64,000 bases of DNA, taken from an uncultured virus (IMG/VR IMGVR_UViG_3300048832_000103) (Duplodnaviria > Heunggongvirae > Uroviricota > Caudoviricetes). The stretch lies in the IMG/VR virus record IMGVR_UViG_3300048832_000103, one strand, 5' to 3'. This document shows positions 63,019 through 64,000 of this stretch, piece by piece; within the stretch, counting starts at the first letter, position 1, and each line of letters begins with the position of its first letter. The notes beneath the pieces are model-generated. The model searched no databases. It was not told where the DNA came from and saw nothing but the letters and a program-made list of their open reading frames with translations. The position numbers and the translations under genes are program-made.

Positions 63019-63678
63019 TCAAAAAATCCGATTCACTAAAATTTGCGTCTCATCGAGTAAAAACGGCCGGATTTTTTCGGCCAGTCTAAGCCGGCCGCGA
63101 ATGAGCTGTGCTGTGCGCACAGTCCGTGCTGAGCAGCTCCCACTTGCGTAGCCGGCTAGACCTCCGCTACACGCGCCTCGAGCGCCCGTATTTCGGCACT
63201 TCTCCGCGTCGAGCACCAAAGACCCGCCGCACTCTTGAACGACCCTGGCAAGCCAGCGAGCGCCACATGCCGCTTGACCTTCGGCCGTGGTCAGATCACA
63301 CCCACGCTTTGCCTTGCCATGGACCTGGACCAAGCCAAACTCGCCAAGCCGACCTCGAGCTGCGGTGTCGAAAGAGCTCTCCTTGTAGGCCATGGCGATG
63401 AACAGGGCAGGATCTAGGTTGTTGTCTACCGCGGCACCGTATAGGGCGACCTCGAAGCGCTCGCTCTCTTTCCATCTTGGGTCTTTTGCGGGGGTATGGT
63501 CACGCTCGAGCAGGTAAGCTACAGCTCCCAGGGGCCTGGATTGACCCGTATTGGGCTCGGCCGGCTCGGCAAAAGCTGGTTTCAGACCGCACGTTTCGAA
63601 GAATAAAGCGATGCAGACGCCTATGAACAGGGCGAAAAATACAAATTTCATTCCAGCGGTTAGGTCACGACGATCCAT
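63019..63678 (-). CDS. Lytic transglycosylase (SLT) with signal-anchor; probable endolysin
   Basis: LDPALFIAMAYKESSF...ARG..GE.GL.QV and GA.WL; N-terminal TM. Confidence 0.85.
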   Translation of the reverse strand: MDRRDLTAGMKFVFFALFIGVCIALFFETCGLKPAFAEPAEPNTGQSRPLGAVAYLLERDHTPAKDPRWKESERFEVALYGAAVDNNLDPALFIAMAYKESSFDTAARGRLGEFGLVQVHGKAKRGCDLTTAEGQAACGARWLARVVQECGGSLVLDAEKCRNTGARGACSGGLAGYASGSCSARTVRTAQLIRGRLRLAEKIRPFLLDETQILVNRIF

Positions 63679-63740
63679 TTTGTACCTCCATGGTCCATTG
63701 GTTTCATCGACCCTACCAGACACCGGGAGTCATTTCAATA

Positions 63741-63769
63741 TTGACAAATTTTGTCGACTTCTGTAGACT
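63741..63769 (+). promoter_or_regulatory. Near-consensus sigma70 promoter with overlapping palindrome
   Basis: TTGACA-17 nt-TAGACT; GACAAATTTTGTC palindrome at 63743-63755. Confidence 0.6.
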
Positions 63770-64000
63770 ACGTCACCGTAGGGGGCGGTATATCCTTTAT
63801 AAATTCAAAATATATGGAAAAAGGGGCAAAAGAGGAACTCCCAAGCTTGCGCTTAGGAGCCCCTGCCTCAACCGGATCGGACTTGGAGTTACCCTGTTCT
63901 ACCCCGGGAAAGACCAGAGTCAAGAGATTTCGATAGGGGAGCACCTTCGAAGGCGTTCGAAGACGCTCCCAGGACAACGACACAGCCGAGGGGACGAAGC

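Noticed and set aside
1..64000. Alternative genetic code
   Set aside because: Long conserved genes are intact under code 11, and all three stop codons are used at coupled gene ends
63995..64000. GAAGC|C...GGCTTC hairpin across the window end/start as proof of exact circularity
   Set aside because: Only 6 bp, easily due to chance, and the window boundary is probably arbitrary

Overview
This window appears to be most or all of the genome of an unusual temperate bacterial virus. The host cannot be determined from the sequence. There are four blocks. (1) 152-17067 (-): a replication and nucleotide operon with an SNF2 helicase, Gp157, a DenV-like glycosylase, a PD-(D/E)XK nuclease, a Sak4-like ATPase, dCMP deaminase, a DEDDh exonuclease, an SSB-like protein and a UDG-fused PolA. 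It ends in a cassette of four ATP-grasp paralogs, a cysteate-synthase-like PLP enzyme and an APS reductase. (2) 17168-48216 (+): a DUF3987-type ATPase, a repeat-bearing intergenic region and a ~28 kb virion module. This module has no recognisable terminase, portal or tail genes. It has jelly-roll-like capsid paralogs, many small membrane proteins, Cys-rich basic mini-proteins, a thioredoxin, LamG-like paralogs and membrane-anchored enzymes, which suggests a tailless, membrane-containing virion. The likely major capsid gene is split by a 392-nt ORF-less group I intron (26672-27063) that the ORF track missed. (3) 48222-58844 (-): accessory genes including a tyrosine integrase, HNH and LAGLIDADG endonucleases and a second PAPS-reductase-family gene. 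(4) 59157-63016 (+): AT-rich early-like genes, followed by an SLT endolysin on the minus strand. A structured ~300-nt intergenic RNA ending in a tRNA/tmRNA-like domain lies just upstream of polA. All family calls come from motifs recognised by eye; no database searches were run.
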